From Candidatus Poribacteria bacterium (GTDB taxonomy: Bacteria; Poribacteria; WGA-4E; PCPOR2b): a stretch of DNA of 64,000 nucleotides. Location of the stretch: positions 256,001 to 320,000 of the forward strand of contig OZ242326.1 in NCBI GenBank assembly GCA_965208325.1, given 5' to 3'. Below are positions 36,004 through 46,807 of the stretch, piece after piece. Below the pieces are notes generated by a model. It was given only the letters and a program-made list of their open reading frames with translations. It made no database searches and was not told the origin of the DNA. A program made the translations under genes and the position numbers. The first letter of the stretch is position 1. The number at the start of each line of letters is the position of its first letter.

Positions 36004-37724
36004 TACTTCTGCGCCGCCTCGTTCGTTTGACTGTTCAATTGGCTGTCAATCCGTGCGAGATGGTCTAAAATCTGTTGATTGGTCGGATCCAAATCTATCG
36101 CTCGCCGAAGTGTTGACTCTGCCTCCGCGTAGTCGCCCATTACGTAGTAAATGGATGCCAATGCGTCTAGATTATCCGCAGTAGTCTCGGATTCAACAAT
36201 TTCTTGGGTAAGGTCTCGAGCAATCACTAAATGTTCAGCCGATTTTTCGGATCGGCCTTCGCCGCGATAGAGAAACCCGAGCATCAAATGTCCTTTGATG
36301 TATTTGGCGTCAACCCCAACCGCAGTTTCATACACTGAAATTGCCTGCTGCTTTTTATCGTGATGGACATAAATCGTCGCTATTCCGTCGTAAGCTTCTA
36401 ATAGGTTTGGATCCATCTTAACCGCCATTTTATACTGATCGAATGCTTTTTCCGGGTGGTTATTATCAAGGTAAACACGCGCCAACTCCATGTATCCGCG
36501 TGGGTCGTTGGGGACTTCTTGGGTTTTTCTTTCCGCAGCATCAATCGCCTCCTCCAGCTGCCGAAGTTTTCGCGCTATCTCCCGTTCCTTCTTCGCCTCC
36601 TCATGTCTACCAAGTCGCATATAACAACGGGAAAGGTTGTGGTGAAGCCGAAGGTTGTCCCCGCTTTCCGGCAATAATTGTTCGTACTCATTGGCAGCTT
36701 CTTGGTATTTTCCCTGTTGTTGATATGTGAATCCAAGTTCCAAGCGGGCAAAACTGTTATCCGGGGCAATTCGCAATGCTCGCTGAAAATCTTCCATCGC
36801 TTCCGTATACCTCCCCTGTTTCGAATAAACTACGCCGCGGTTACAGTGCACTTCAGACAGGTGCGGCTGTAGAACTAGCGCGCGGTTATAGGCTTCCAGA
36901 GCGGATGAAAACTCCACCTGCATCACATAGATATTTCCCAACCCAAAATGCGCCTGGTATAAACTCGGATCTAACGCAATCGCCGATTGGTAATGTCGGA
37001 TTGCCTCCGATTCACGTCGCTGTGTCGTAAGTGCATCTGCTAATTTCGCGTGCAACCAACCTAGTTTCGGGTCAATTTCAAGCGCAGTTTCATAGTGAGC
37101 GATGGCTTCTTTGTGTTCTCGCCGCTCAGCGAGTATATGTCCGATTCCTACGTGAGCCTTCAGTATCCTATCATTGAGCGTAAGCGCCTTTCGAAAGGCA
37201 TTGAGCGCCTGTTCTGGATGTCCGGTTTGCCAATAAACGTAACCGATTCCACCGTACGCTTCCGCGAACTCTGGGTCTTGGCGAATCACTTTCTGGTATT
37301 CAGTCGACGCCGCATCATATTTTCCCTGATTGGCGAGCTGCTCCGCATGTTGGAAATTCCGTTGTGTAGATTTCGTGGGTTGTGCATAGATTTCCAAACA
37401 CGGAAAAGCCATGATGAGGATGAAAAGTAAACTGCAAAATACAGGTGGTGCATTGCGGTATGGAATCAACTGCTTGAGGCGAGAGATATTCGTCCAACAT
37501 TCGTAGCAGACCGCTATGGTGGCAATATAAACTCGAGAAAAAATATTGGCATGATAGGTAAAATCCGAAAAACTATGCGTCATAGTTCGGCAGTCCAATG
37601 GCACATCTGACAATTTGCACACATTTGAAGGCATTAGTTGGCTAGTTATGCCGCCGGCTTCACAATCCGGAAACCAACATTGTGCACCGCTTGTATGGGT
37701 TCGTAAGCGGCGCGGTTGGCGCAC
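36003..37724 (-). CDS. Tetratricopeptide repeat protein (true start probably downstream of the track start)
   Basis: About 12 TPR-like helical repeats; hydrophobic signal-like segment near aa 95-113. Confidence 0.85.
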   Translation of the reverse strand: MRQPRRLRTHTSGAQCWFPDCEAGGITSQLMPSNVCKLSDVPLDCRTMTHSFSDFTYHANIFSRVYIATIAVCYECWTNISRLKQLIPYRNAPPVFCSLLFILIMAFPCLEIYAQPTKSTQRNFQHAEQLANQGKYDAASTEYQKVIRQDPEFAEAYGGIGYVYWQTGHPEQALNAFRKALTLNDRILKAHVGIGHILAERREHKEAIAHYETALEIDPKLGWLHAKLADALTTQRRESEAIRHYQSAIALDPSLYQAHFGLGNIYVMQVEFSSALEAYNRALVLQPHLSEVHCNRGVVYSKQGRYTEAMEDFQRALRIAPDNSFARLELGFTYQQQGKYQEAANEYEQLLPESGDNLRLHHNLSRCYMRLGRHEEAKKEREIARKLRQLEEAIDAAERKTQEVPNDPRGYMELARVYLDNNHPEKAFDQYKMAVKMDPNLLEAYDGIATIYVHHDKKQQAISVYETAVGVDAKYIKGHLMLGFLYRGEGRSEKSAEHLVIARDLTQEIVESETTADNLDALASIYYVMGDYAEAESTLRRAIDLDPTNQQILDHLARIDSQLNSQTNEAAQK

Positions 37725-38386
37725 CGTGCTGCAAATTCACCTCGTGCGACCCACGAACCGCCCCGAATTACTTTGCGTCTGCCGCGTACCGGTCCCCGGG
37801 GATTCACCGCCGGTGAATGTTTGTAAGTTTCCGGGTGAAACCAATCGCTGCACCACTCGTAAGCATTACCCGCCGCATCATAGCAGCCATAAACACTGGC
37901 GCCGTCGGGATAACTACCAACGGGCGTGAGCCGCTTGATACGGCTTTCCGACGTGTTCCCTTTGGAAGAGTCCCACTCATCACCCCAGGGATATTCGCGC
38001 CCATCTGTGCCTCTGGCGGCTTTTTCCCATTCCGCTTCGGTCGGGAGGCGAAAAGATTCACCTGTGGACTCCTCGATCCACGCCAAAAATGCCTGTGTGT
38101 CGTACCAGGTCACCCCAACGACGGGACAGTCGGGTGAGTTGAAGCGTGGATTGGAGTGAAACTGTGGAAGTTGATGCCGCGTGATTTCGACGAATTGTAA
38201 GTATTGGGCATTTGTAACATGGTATTTTCCAATATAGTACGCGTCAAGCGTTACCTTTCGCTGCGGTTCTTCGTGATCGGTTTTTCTCATTCCTGCGGGA
38301 TTCGTCCCCATTAGGAATTGACCTTCAGGCACCCTTGCAAGCGGATAGTTAATCTGTTCAATGATTAAATCCTGATTCCCTGACAT
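37646..38386 (-). CDS. Formylglycine-generating-enzyme (SUMF1) fold protein
   Basis: FLMG, VTNAQY, PVVGVTW, RLPTEAEWEKAARG, YPWG, GNAYEW, RGGSW, GFR; FGE catalytic Cys pair absent. Confidence 0.9.
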   Translation of the reverse strand: MSGNQDLIIEQINYPLARVPEGQFLMGTNPAGMRKTDHEEPQRKVTLDAYYIGKYHVTNAQYLQFVEITRHQLPQFHSNPRFNSPDCPVVGVTWYDTQAFLAWIEESTGESFRLPTEAEWEKAARGTDGREYPWGDEWDSSKGNTSESRIKRLTPVGSYPDGASVYGCYDAAGNAYEWCSDWFHPETYKHSPAVNPRGPVRGRRKVIRGGSWVARGEFAARCANRAAYEPIQAVHNVGFRIVKPAA

Positions 38387-38472
38387 TCCTTTATCTCAGT
38401 AAACAACCCATGCAGCGTGCATTTCGGCGCGCGGCGTTTTCCTATTGTTAAAGGTTGCCTGTACCTTGTCGT

Positions 38473-39213
38473 TCATGCCCTTCCATAAACTGGAATCGCC
38501 GCGCCGTTGATGATGGCGGAATCATCGGAGGTGAGGAACAAAATTACTTTGGCGATGTCGCTCGGTGATACCCAGCGAGAGTGGTCTTCGTCCGGCATAG
38601 CCTTGCGATTCGCGGGCGTATCGATGATACTGGGCAGGATTGAATTGACATTGATGCCCGAATCTTTTACCTCTTCTGCAATTGACTCTGTGAGTACGCG
38701 GAGACCGCTTTTCGATGCGCAATATGCTCCTAGTCCAGCGATGCCGCTCAAGCCGGCGCGCGCTGAGACGTTCACGATTTTGCCATACCTTCGTTCTATC
38801 ATCTGCGGAATGACGGCTTTGCAGCATAAGAAGGTCGCTTTCAGGTTCAAATCCATCATGAAATCCCATTTCTCCAAATCTGTGTCCGCAACCGGAACTC
38901 CGCCAAAAAAACCGCCCGCGATATTTGCCAATATGTCAATGTGCCCTAGGTCGTCAATTACAGTTTGAAAAAAATTCTCAACCTCGGATTCAACCGTCAG
39001 GTCTGCACTAACGGTCATCACTCGTGATTTCAGTCTGCCTATCTTTTGCTCAAAATCGGAAATGTGACGATTGGACGTGACCGGTATAGCGACTTTACAA
39101 CCTTCCTTAAGCAATGCTTGCGTGACAGCCGCGCCAAGCGCGCCTGTCCCGCCGGTGACCACAGCAGATCGGCTTGGATTTTCCATTCTGGATCCTTTCT
39201 TGCGGGATGCCAT
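38473..39213 (-). CDS. Short-chain dehydrogenase/reductase
   Basis: TGGTGALG, NIAGG, YCASK, PSIIDT. Confidence 0.92.
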   Translation of the reverse strand: MASRKKGSRMENPSRSAVVTGGTGALGAAVTQALLKEGCKVAIPVTSNRHISDFEQKIGRLKSRVMTVSADLTVESEVENFFQTVIDDLGHIDILANIAGGFFGGVPVADTDLEKWDFMMDLNLKATFLCCKAVIPQMIERRYGKIVNVSARAGLSGIAGLGAYCASKSGLRVLTESIAEEVKDSGINVNSILPSIIDTPANRKAMPDEDHSRWVSPSDIAKVILFLTSDDSAIINGAAIPVYGRA

Positions 39214-39272
39214 ACATCATTCGAGAAAACTAGTAATTTGAACCGTAAAAATCTATCTTGTGCCGCTCATGA

Positions 39273-41063
39273 CTATCCATTCTGCAATCGTTCTTCCAGA
39301 GATTCTAGCTCCTGACTTAACGCTGCTGGAAGCCTGTCGCCGAAACGGCGATAGTGTTCCCGGATGCTCTCAACCTCCTGCCGCCACGCTTGAACATTAA
39401 CCGACAAGAGAAGTTCCATATTTTTCGGCGGGATATCTGATCCGCTGATATCAATCGCATCAGGGGTTGGCAAGTAACCAATCGGGGTTTCCACTGCCTT
39501 TCCGTCTCCAGAGACACGTTCGTAGATCCACTTGAGTACACGGCTATTTTCACCATAACCAGGCCAAAGCCATGAACCGTCGGCTGATTTTCTGAACCAA
39601 TTGACGTAGAATATACGTGGCAACTTGTCTGGCTCCGTCTGGCCGCCAATGGTAAGCCAATGCTGAAAGTAATCCCCCATATTGTAGCCGCAAAAGGGCA
39701 GCATCGCCATCGGATCCCGTCTCAATTCCCCCACTTTTCCAGCGGCGGCAGCCGTTTTCTCGGAAGATGCAATTGATCCTATAAACGTGCCGTGTTGCCA
39801 ACTAAGCGCTTCGTGAACGAGCGGCACGACAGCGGCTCGCCGCCCGCCGAAAAGGATGGCTGAAATTGGTACGCCTTTTGGGTCTTCCCAATCTGCATCA
39901 ATCGTTGGGCATTGCGCCGCCGGCGTAGTGTAGCGGGCATTTGGGTGTGCTGCCGTCTTTGGACTCGCCGGTGTCCACGCCTCGCCGAGCCAGCTCGTAA
40001 GTTCTTCAGGTGGTTCCTCCGACATCTCTTCCCACCACACATCGCCGTCTGGTGTCAAAGCAACATTCGTGAAGATCGAATTCGACTCTAGCGTAAACAT
40101 AGCGTTAGGATTCGATTCCATTGAGGTACCGGGCGCTACCCCAAAAAAGCCGGATTCCGGGTTAATCGCATAAAGCCGGCCGTCTGCACCGAACTTCATC
40201 CATGCAATGTCATCACCGACTGTCTCAACTTTCCATCCTGGGATTGTCGGCGTCATCATCGCTAGGTTAGTTTTGCCGCAAGCGCTCGGGAAAGCGGCAG
40301 CAACGTAAATTTTTTCCCCGTTGGGTGGAGTGATGCCTAAGATGAGCATATGTTCAGCCAACCAGCCTTGTTGGCGTGCCATGAAAGAAGCGATTCGCAA
40401 CGAAAAACACTTCTTGCCCAACAAGGCGTTCCCGCCGTAGCCGCTTCCATAAGACCAGATCGACGGTTCATCAGGAAAATGTACAATATATTTGTTGTCG
40501 GGATCGCATGGCCAAGCCGCGTCCTTTTGCCCTTTGTCAAGCGGTGCACCGATTGAATGAAGGCACGGAACGAAATCGCCGTCTTTACCCAAAACCGCCA
40601 GCGCAGCAGTTCCAATGCGAGTCATAATGCGCATATTGACCACTACGTACGGAGAGTCGCTAATCTGAACGCCAATGCGCGAAATCTCAGATCCGAGAGG
40701 TCCCATACTGTACGGTATTACGTACATCGTGCGCCCCTTCATGGAACCGTCAAAAAATTTCGTCATGACAGATTTCATTTCGTCGGCGTCTCGCCAATTG
40801 TTTGTCGGTCCCACATCATCTTCGTCTTTTGTACAGATAAAGGTTCGATCCTCGACGCGGGCTACATCGCCGGGATCGGAGTGGGCTAAGAAGCAGCCGG
40901 GACGTTTTGCCGGATTCAATCGAATAAACGTTCCCGCGTCTACCAGCACGTCGCACAAAGCGTCGTTTTCGGCTTGAGATCCATCGCACCAGTGAATATT
41001 ATCTGGTTGGCAAAGCGCCGCTGTTTCATTTACCCAATTGCGTAATTTTTCATTGTTTGTCAC
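39273..41063 (-). CDS. pckG: Phosphoenolpyruvate carboxykinase (GTP)
   Basis: [54 protein letters not shown]. Confidence 0.97.
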   Translation of the reverse strand: MTNNEKLRNWVNETAALCQPDNIHWCDGSQAENDALCDVLVDAGTFIRLNPAKRPGCFLAHSDPGDVARVEDRTFICTKDEDDVGPTNNWRDADEMKSVMTKFFDGSMKGRTMYVIPYSMGPLGSEISRIGVQISDSPYVVVNMRIMTRIGTAALAVLGKDGDFVPCLHSIGAPLDKGQKDAAWPCDPDNKYIVHFPDEPSIWSYGSGYGGNALLGKKCFSLRIASFMARQQGWLAEHMLILGITPPNGEKIYVAAAFPSACGKTNLAMMTPTIPGWKVETVGDDIAWMKFGADGRLYAINPESGFFGVAPGTSMESNPNAMFTLESNSIFTNVALTPDGDVWWEEMSEEPPEELTSWLGEAWTPASPKTAAHPNARYTTPAAQCPTIDADWEDPKGVPISAILFGGRRAAVVPLVHEALSWQHGTFIGSIASSEKTAAAAGKVGELRRDPMAMLPFCGYNMGDYFQHWLTIGGQTEPDKLPRIFYVNWFRKSADGSWLWPGYGENSRVLKWIYERVSGDGKAVETPIGYLPTPDAIDISGSDIPPKNMELLLSVNVQAWRQEVESIREHYRRFGDRLPAALSQELESLEERLQNG

Positions 41064-41113
41064 TGAATATACCTCCTTTTATGCGTTCTTACACGAATAT
41101 TGGTGGCACTCAG

Positions 41114-41186
41114 CCACCACGTCTTGTAGTCGGGGCATCTTGCCCAGCGTACACCACCGTGCCCTGTAGTCGGGGCATCTTGCCCC
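41114..41186. repeat. Two direct copies of a GTAG REP-like palindrome, 40-bp period
   Basis: TGTAGTCGGGGCATCTTGCCC at 41125 and 41165. Confidence 0.75.
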
Positions 41187-41381
41187 GTCCTATGCCGGAG
41201 TACGATATTTGGTAGAATCAAGCGACTGAATGGAATCAACTGAGCGAATAGCGAAGGCCATAGTAAATCCCGCGCGATAGAAGTTCCACCGGTTATTAAG
41301 ACTCAAACGCCAAAGATTGGGATTCCCGCCTAATTTTCAAACGGACGCTTAGTCTGACCGCGTCAATCCGTCTAATTATGA

Positions 41382-43934
41382 CTATTGTGAAATTGACTTA
41401 CTAAATTGCTTCAGCGTTCCCGTCCATCGCGTGCCGCTCGGCAAAAACGCCAAGATTAACCCGTCAACCGCGGCGTCTCTGTTGGCGACGACTCCAGTCG
41501 AACGCTCCGCAGTCACGCCTTTGGAAAGGAAAAGATGGAACGAGTCTCGCTTTAACCCTTGCGTAGTATAAAAATTCCCTTGTCCTTTGGAAATGACAAC
41601 ATCTGCATCTAGCAGGGCATTCACAAATTCCGGTGTCGCCTGATTCAGGTCTGTGCCAATCGTCGCCGATCCGGAAGAGATTAACGACACATCGCCGAAT
41701 TGAATCTGGTCTCGGAGTTCTTGGAAGCATGGATGCGCAGCTATTTCTCGTAGATCATCAAGTGTGGCATCGTTTCCTGCCGGGCACCCCTTGCCGGCTA
41801 CCGTAATCTCATGACCGCATTCGGCGAGCATCTGGATGAACCATAAATCGAAGACCGCTTCACCATCATTGTCTGCCAGCCAGATTAACCGCTTTGGTTC
41901 GCCCGAGATAACTATCGAGTTGAACTTTTCAAAACAGTCGATTGCAAATGGTACATTCAATGCTTCTCTTAAGGCGCGGACGAAGTAATCTGGATTTTCT
42001 TCTATCTTCTTGACTACCCTAGCACTGTTGTAATCAATGATGTTGGCTGCAGTAATGAGTTTCAGCCGTTCTAGCCAATTGCATTCCGAAAATTCATCAA
42101 TGAGGTTTATCGCAGTCTGTCTAGCTCTGTGTTTATCTCTGCGGTAAGGATCGCGGTTACCTGTGCTGATGGCGGCAATCTCAAAGATGCATCCCCAAAG
42201 TTGCTCGGGAGTCAAATCGTCTATAACGTGTGTTCCGTCGGTTTTCTGCATATCCAACAAATCGTCGACGGCTTGGATAGCCGTTTTGCGCAACGCTGGG
42301 TCGCGCGTTGCCCGCGGTATCAATTCACACGCCGAATGTGATTGAACATGCTTGAGGAGGTTGTCCCAGTCAGGCATCCTGCGCTTTTCGAAAAACGTGA
42401 ACATGCCCGGTTTGTAGTCCGGCAAAGCCAGTCGGCTAATGGCGTGCAATCCCCTCTTGTCCAGATTTGTTTGAATTGCCTTTTGAACCGGCCCGAAGGA
42501 TGGCAATCCTAATCCAGTATCAACACGTACGCCAAAACGGACATCGTTTGCTGAGATCCCCGATGGTATAACCGTTGCATTCGCATGTACGGAATTCAGG
42601 TGTACCGAATGGCCGATTTTCACGCGATCTAACTGGCTGTTTTCAATCCGGCTCTGGACGGCTAACCCGGCAATGGGTGCAGCAACTTCCGTCGAAATCG
42701 AGTTTGATTCAATTGCGGTGTCCCGTGCTTGTACGTCCGTCAATCCGACAAGGTCACCTACGGTTGTATTTTGCCCCAACACCACATTTTCAAGACGGCA
42801 GTAATTTCCAATCCGCACCCCTGCGCCGAGATGAACGCGTCCCAATATATAACAACCGTGCCCAATCTCAATTTTTTCGCTTTCCATGAAGATCTGCGCG
42901 TTCGGATCGACGCGTATGCCTTTTTGTGCCAGTCGGCGCCGTGAATTCTCAAAAAGGCTGTCCTCACCGGCGTGGACGTTTGCCCAACGGTTCACTCCGG
43001 AAATAATTTCTTCCTCATAGATATAGGCGTTTGTCTTTAGCCCATCGTCGTAGCAATGCCGAATCAAATCTACATGATGAAGTTCCGATTTGCTGCCGTG
43101 TGGCTGCAATCTATCCATCCTATCAATCGCGGCATCTCGGCGAATCAGCGTGATACCGGTATTCGTGAAAGCCTCCTCGCGTTCGAAGCGGCGCCGCATT
43201 TCACGCTGTTCAGCATTAGTCATGTCGAACCATTCTTTCGTACCCGTAAACTTCCCGTCGATATCGAAAAACAATCCCCCTTTGTCGATTACAGTCTCTG
43301 GAATTTTTCCGCAAAGGGTGATATCTGCTCCGGCAATAACGTGCGAAATGAGCGTGTTTACGTACATGGCACGATTCAAAAAGGGTTCGTCGCCAAACCC
43401 AACCCCGACTAATTCAGCGTCAGAATCGGAAATTGCGCCCATCGCAGCGTGCAAGGCTGCTCCTGTTCCATAGGGTTGTTCGGGCTGGATGCATAATATT
43501 GCGTTGGGGCCAAACAGTCGATGAACTGCTTCTTGATTGAGTGCGGATACCGGTACGACGCCATCGGCGGGAATATCTGTTGATATCACTCGCGACGCCA
43601 TTTTGGCGTTTATGACGATGATGTGTGGCCGACTGCCCGGCAGGCATCTCCGCGACAGTTGCAGCGTATTCTGTTCACCAAACCACACATCCAAGTTTTT
43701 GTTCAGGTTGCCCAACGGATCAATACGCGAACCCGTACCCGCAGCTAATACCACCCATTGCGGATCAATCCATCGCGCGAGATTTTCCCCATACTTACGA
43801 TCGGCAACAACGTGAAGGAATTGTTCAATTCGATCTTCACCTTTCGCCGCATCGGGGATGCCGACTGTGTTTGTGAGATTACATCGAAGAATAGTCTCAA
43901 TTGTTTCACGCAGGTTTTCGTGAACTTTTGCCAT
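41382..43934 (-). CDS. Fusion of GlmU-like nucleotidyltransferase, short LbH region and DUF89/ARMT1-like phosphatase domain
   Basis: LAAGTGSR, QPEQPYGTG, GDEPF, NTG, GVN; hexapeptide-like repeats; DPY...K, NIIDY, LADNDGEAVFD, NDAT, ISKGQGN. Confidence 0.82.
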   Translation of the reverse strand: MAKVHENLRETIETILRCNLTNTVGIPDAAKGEDRIEQFLHVVADRKYGENLARWIDPQWVVLAAGTGSRIDPLGNLNKNLDVWFGEQNTLQLSRRCLPGSRPHIIVINAKMASRVISTDIPADGVVPVSALNQEAVHRLFGPNAILCIQPEQPYGTGAALHAAMGAISDSDAELVGVGFGDEPFLNRAMYVNTLISHVIAGADITLCGKIPETVIDKGGLFFDIDGKFTGTKEWFDMTNAEQREMRRRFEREEAFTNTGITLIRRDAAIDRMDRLQPHGSKSELHHVDLIRHCYDDGLKTNAYIYEEEIISGVNRWANVHAGEDSLFENSRRRLAQKGIRVDPNAQIFMESEKIEIGHGCYILGRVHLGAGVRIGNYCRLENVVLGQNTTVGDLVGLTDVQARDTAIESNSISTEVAAPIAGLAVQSRIENSQLDRVKIGHSVHLNSVHANATVIPSGISANDVRFGVRVDTGLGLPSFGPVQKAIQTNLDKRGLHAISRLALPDYKPGMFTFFEKRRMPDWDNLLKHVQSHSACELIPRATRDPALRKTAIQAVDDLLDMQKTDGTHVIDDLTPEQLWGCIFEIAAISTGNRDPYRRDKHRARQTAINLIDEFSECNWLERLKLITAANIIDYNSARVVKKIEENPDYFVRALREALNVPFAIDCFEKFNSIVISGEPKRLIWLADNDGEAVFDLWFIQMLAECGHEITVAGKGCPAGNDATLDDLREIAAHPCFQELRDQIQFGDVSLISSGSATIGTDLNQATPEFVNALLDADVVISKGQGNFYTTQGLKRDSFHLFLSKGVTAERSTGVVANRDAAVDGLILAFLPSGTRWTGTLKQFSKSISQ

Positions 43935-44046
43935 CTCTTACTTTGGCCTATCCCATAATATTGTACATCATCCCAAAATAAATCCCTAACCCGATATCGC
44001 TTAAGTATTGGCTGCAATCAGTCTGTATGCCTACAGTCAACATCAT

Positions 44047-44134
44047 AGTTTATCTGGTACACGCCGTGAAGTCAAGAGTAACCTACAAAATGCGTGCCAA
44101 AACACTTGACATCAAGTTGGGCAAAGGTTATGCT
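44047..44134. promoter_or_regulatory. Divergent sigma70-type promoters
   Basis: Minus: TTGACT-17-TAAACT (44075-44047). Plus: TTGACA-17-TATGCT (44106-44134). Confidence 0.55.
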
Positions 44135-44225
44135 TTCGTCAGGTTAAAATAGAACCCTTGTTCTGCGGTGTTTAAGCCCTTATCATACCTGCAAATCGTC
44201 GGTCTAAACTACTCGGGAGAATTGA

Positions 44226-45395
44226 ATGGTTGTAAACGGACAACATCATTCTCATACCCGCAAATTAAAGGTCGTAGTAATCGGCGCGGGAATAATTGGG
44301 GCGTCAATTGCCTACCGCCTTTCACGCCGCAATCATATCTCCGTGAACGTCTTAGAGAGCGGTAAGCCAGGTAGCGGTGCTTCCGGCCATAGCTTCGCCT
44401 GGCTAAATTCTTTCCGCAAAGAACCCGAGGCCTATCACCATTTTAATCGGTTGTCAATGGACGTTTGGCACCGCTATGCTGAAGAACTCGGCACGGATGC
44501 CGGACTGCACTGCCGCGGAATGTTGCGTTGGGAAAACACGGACGAGGGGGCGAAGTTACTTAGCCAGCGCGTCAAGCAGTTACAGGAGCGAGGTTATCCT
44601 TGCCGGCTGATTTCGGTCGAAGAAATGCGTCAACTTGAACCGGGAATTTCCCCGGGGTCGGTGAGTGCCGTTTCCTTATCGGAGATTGATGGAATTGTGG
44701 AACCGCTCAAAGTTATCGGTGCCTGCTTGCAACGGGCGCGCGAGCGAGGGGCTGAATTGCGTACCCAGAGCCCGGTCACCGGGCTGCGCTTAGGAAAAAA
44801 CGGCAGCAAGTCCCAATGTGTGGAGGCCGTTAACACGCCGGACGGAGAGATTCAATGTGATATACTGGTGGTTGCAAGCGGTATTGCTACCACGGTGCAT
44901 GCGGCCATGGCGGGCGTGCATGTTCCGCAGGAATATAGCCCCGGTGTGGTGATAAGGACGGATCCACGTCCGCAGTTGCTGCAAAACGTTTCCGTGTTAC
45001 ACACGCCCGCTTCAGAAAAAGAAGAATCGGAGATTCATCTGCGGCAAGCCGCCGATGGAACGGTCATCATGGGCGAAGGTTCGCAGGAGAGTGTGCACCG
45101 AGACGACTCGCAAGAACATGCCAATGCGCTATTACAGCGTGCAATAAATTGCCTGCCAGCACTCGCAGGCGCGCGGGCTATTCCGGTGCCTCTGGGTCAT
45201 CGACCGATGCCAATAGACGGTTTGCCAATCCTAGGATTCGCGCCGGCAGTGCCAAATCTGTATATCGCCGTGATGCACAGCGGGGTGACGTTAGCCCCGC
45301 TTGTGAGCGAGCTAGCGGCGTTGGAAATTGTTGACGGCGCGCGTGTTGAAACGCTCGCTCCCTACCGTCCGGAGCGATTCCGCCCGCAAAAATGA
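44226..45395 (+). CDS. FAD-dependent oxidoreductase (DAO/glycine oxidase family)
   Basis: VIGAGIIG, GASGHSFAW, RPMPIDGLPILG, HSGVTLAP. Confidence 0.9.
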   Translation: MVVNGQHHSHTRKLKVVVIGAGIIGASIAYRLSRRNHISVNVLESGKPGSGASGHSFAWLNSFRKEPEAYHHFNRLSMDVWHRYAEELGTDAGLHCRGMLRWENTDEGAKLLSQRVKQLQERGYPCRLISVEEMRQLEPGISPGSVSAVSLSEIDGIVEPLKVIGACLQRARERGAELRTQSPVTGLRLGKNGSKSQCVEAVNTPDGEIQCDILVVASGIATTVHAAMAGVHVPQEYSPGVVIRTDPRPQLLQNVSVLHTPASEKEESEIHLRQAADGTVIMGEGSQESVHRDDSQEHANALLQRAINCLPALAGARAIPVPLGHRPMPIDGLPILGFAPAVPNLYIAVMHSGVTLAPLVSELAALEIVDGARVETLAPYRPERFRPQK

Positions 45396-45466
45396 CCATC
45401 TTTTGAAGGTTGAGCAGAGCGATTGACCGACCGAATTAGAACAGTGATATTCTTCACGAACGTCTC

Positions 45467-45680
45467 TGTAGGATCGGCTTTCCAGCCGCGATAATAAACG
45501 TCAATCGTCCGTGTATGAGCGGATCAAGCGACCGAATAACGAGCGCGATAGCATCAAATTCCGCTACCGTAAGAATAATCGCGGCTAGGGAGCCGCTTCT
45601 ACAGGGTTAGTCAATAGTAAATGGTCGAGGCTAGGAAGCCTCTCCTACGGGGATAATCAAAAGTCGCGCCTGGGAGGCCG
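45467..45680. repeat. Cluster of GTAG REP-like elements (inverted pair plus tandem copies)
   Basis: TGTAGGATCGGCTTTCCAGCCGCGAT (45467-45492) is inverted relative to ATCGCGGCTAGGGAGCCGCTTCTACA (45578-45603); degenerate copies at 45625 and 45664. Confidence 0.75.
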
Positions 45681-45711
45681 TTTGTTCAGGGAAGAAGGAG
45701 AAAGGGAATCA

Positions 45712-46779
45712 ATGAGCCATAAATCGATTGAACTGCTTGCGGAGCTGACTCAAGCCGACGCCATCCCGGGCCATGAGGAGGAGGTCAGGCGAATATTCCA
45801 ATCGCGGTTGGAAGCGGTTGGAATAATCCAAAAAGATCGATTAGGGAGTGTTTTCTGCACAAAGCGCGGCAACGCAGAAGAACCGCGAGTTTTGCTTGAT
45901 TCGCACATGGACGAAGTTGGATTCATGGTTCAGAGTGTTACTGGGACGGGGTATGTCAAATTTCTTCCTGTCGGCGGATGGTGGGCGCATACACTGCTTG
46001 CGCAGCGGGTCAACATTTTGACGAAAAAGGGCAAGGTCCCCGGTGTGGTTGGGTCTACACCGCCGCATCTCCTAAGCGGCAATTCGCGAGATGTGGTGAT
46101 GGATATTAAAGACCTTTACATTGATATAGGCGCGGACAATTCTGATCAGGCGGCGGAAGAATTTGGCGTGAAGCCCGGTTGCCCAATTGCGCCGTACGGG
46201 CCGTTTATGCCGATGAAAAACCCGAAGCTGTTTTCCGCAAAGGCGTTTGATAATCGGGTCGGTGTGGGATTGGTAATAGAAACGCTTCAACAGCTAAGCG
46301 ATCACCCAAATACCGTTATCGGCGCTGGGAGCGTTCAGGAAGAGGTCGGGTTGCGCGGCGCACGGACGGTTGCCGCTGCGGTGCAGCCTGATGTAGCGAT
46401 TGTGTTGGAGGGGCCGCCCGCAGACGATTTGCCGAATGTTGGCAGCGATACTTTGCAGGGCAAGCTGGGCGGGGGTGTTCAGATTCGGTTGTATGATCCC
46501 GCAATGATTGCCAATCCGCGATTGGCGGAACTTGTGATTGACACTGCGGCCGCACACCAGATACCACATCAGATTGCTGTGCGTACTTCTGGAGGCACGG
46601 ATGGCGGGGCGATCCATCAGGTAGGGCGCGGCGTACCGTCAATTGTACTAGGCGTACCAGCACGTTATGTCCACAGCCATGTGTCTATCATAAACATAGA
46701 CGATTACCGAGCGGCATTAGGCTTGCTGTTGTGTCTGTTACCGCAACTCGATACGTCAGTCGTTGATAGTCTGGTATAG
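45712..46779 (+). CDS. M42 family (TET) aminopeptidase
   Basis: SHMDEVG, KAFDNR, VQEEVGLRGA, GGTDGG, RYVHS. Confidence 0.93.
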   Translation: MSHKSIELLAELTQADAIPGHEEEVRRIFQSRLEAVGIIQKDRLGSVFCTKRGNAEEPRVLLDSHMDEVGFMVQSVTGTGYVKFLPVGGWWAHTLLAQRVNILTKKGKVPGVVGSTPPHLLSGNSRDVVMDIKDLYIDIGADNSDQAAEEFGVKPGCPIAPYGPFMPMKNPKLFSAKAFDNRVGVGLVIETLQQLSDHPNTVIGAGSVQEEVGLRGARTVAAAVQPDVAIVLEGPPADDLPNVGSDTLQGKLGGGVQIRLYDPAMIANPRLAELVIDTAAAHQIPHQIAVRTSGGTDGGAIHQVGRGVPSIVLGVPARYVHSHVSIINIDDYRAALGLLLCLLPQLDTSVVDSLV

Positions 46780-46807
46780 AAATTTGAGGCAGCAAGTAAT
46801 GAGTTCT

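Noticed and set aside
37646..38386. True formylglycine-generating enzyme
   Set aside because: The catalytic Cys pair after RGGS is absent and there is no adjacent sulfatase
41114..41186. Mini CRISPR array
   Set aside because: Two repeats only, ~19-bp spacer, GTAG-REP structure, no cas genes
44083..44099. Sigma54 promoter (TGGCACG..TTGT) on the minus strand
   Set aside because: The -12 GC is GT, and a good sigma70 promoter already explains the gene
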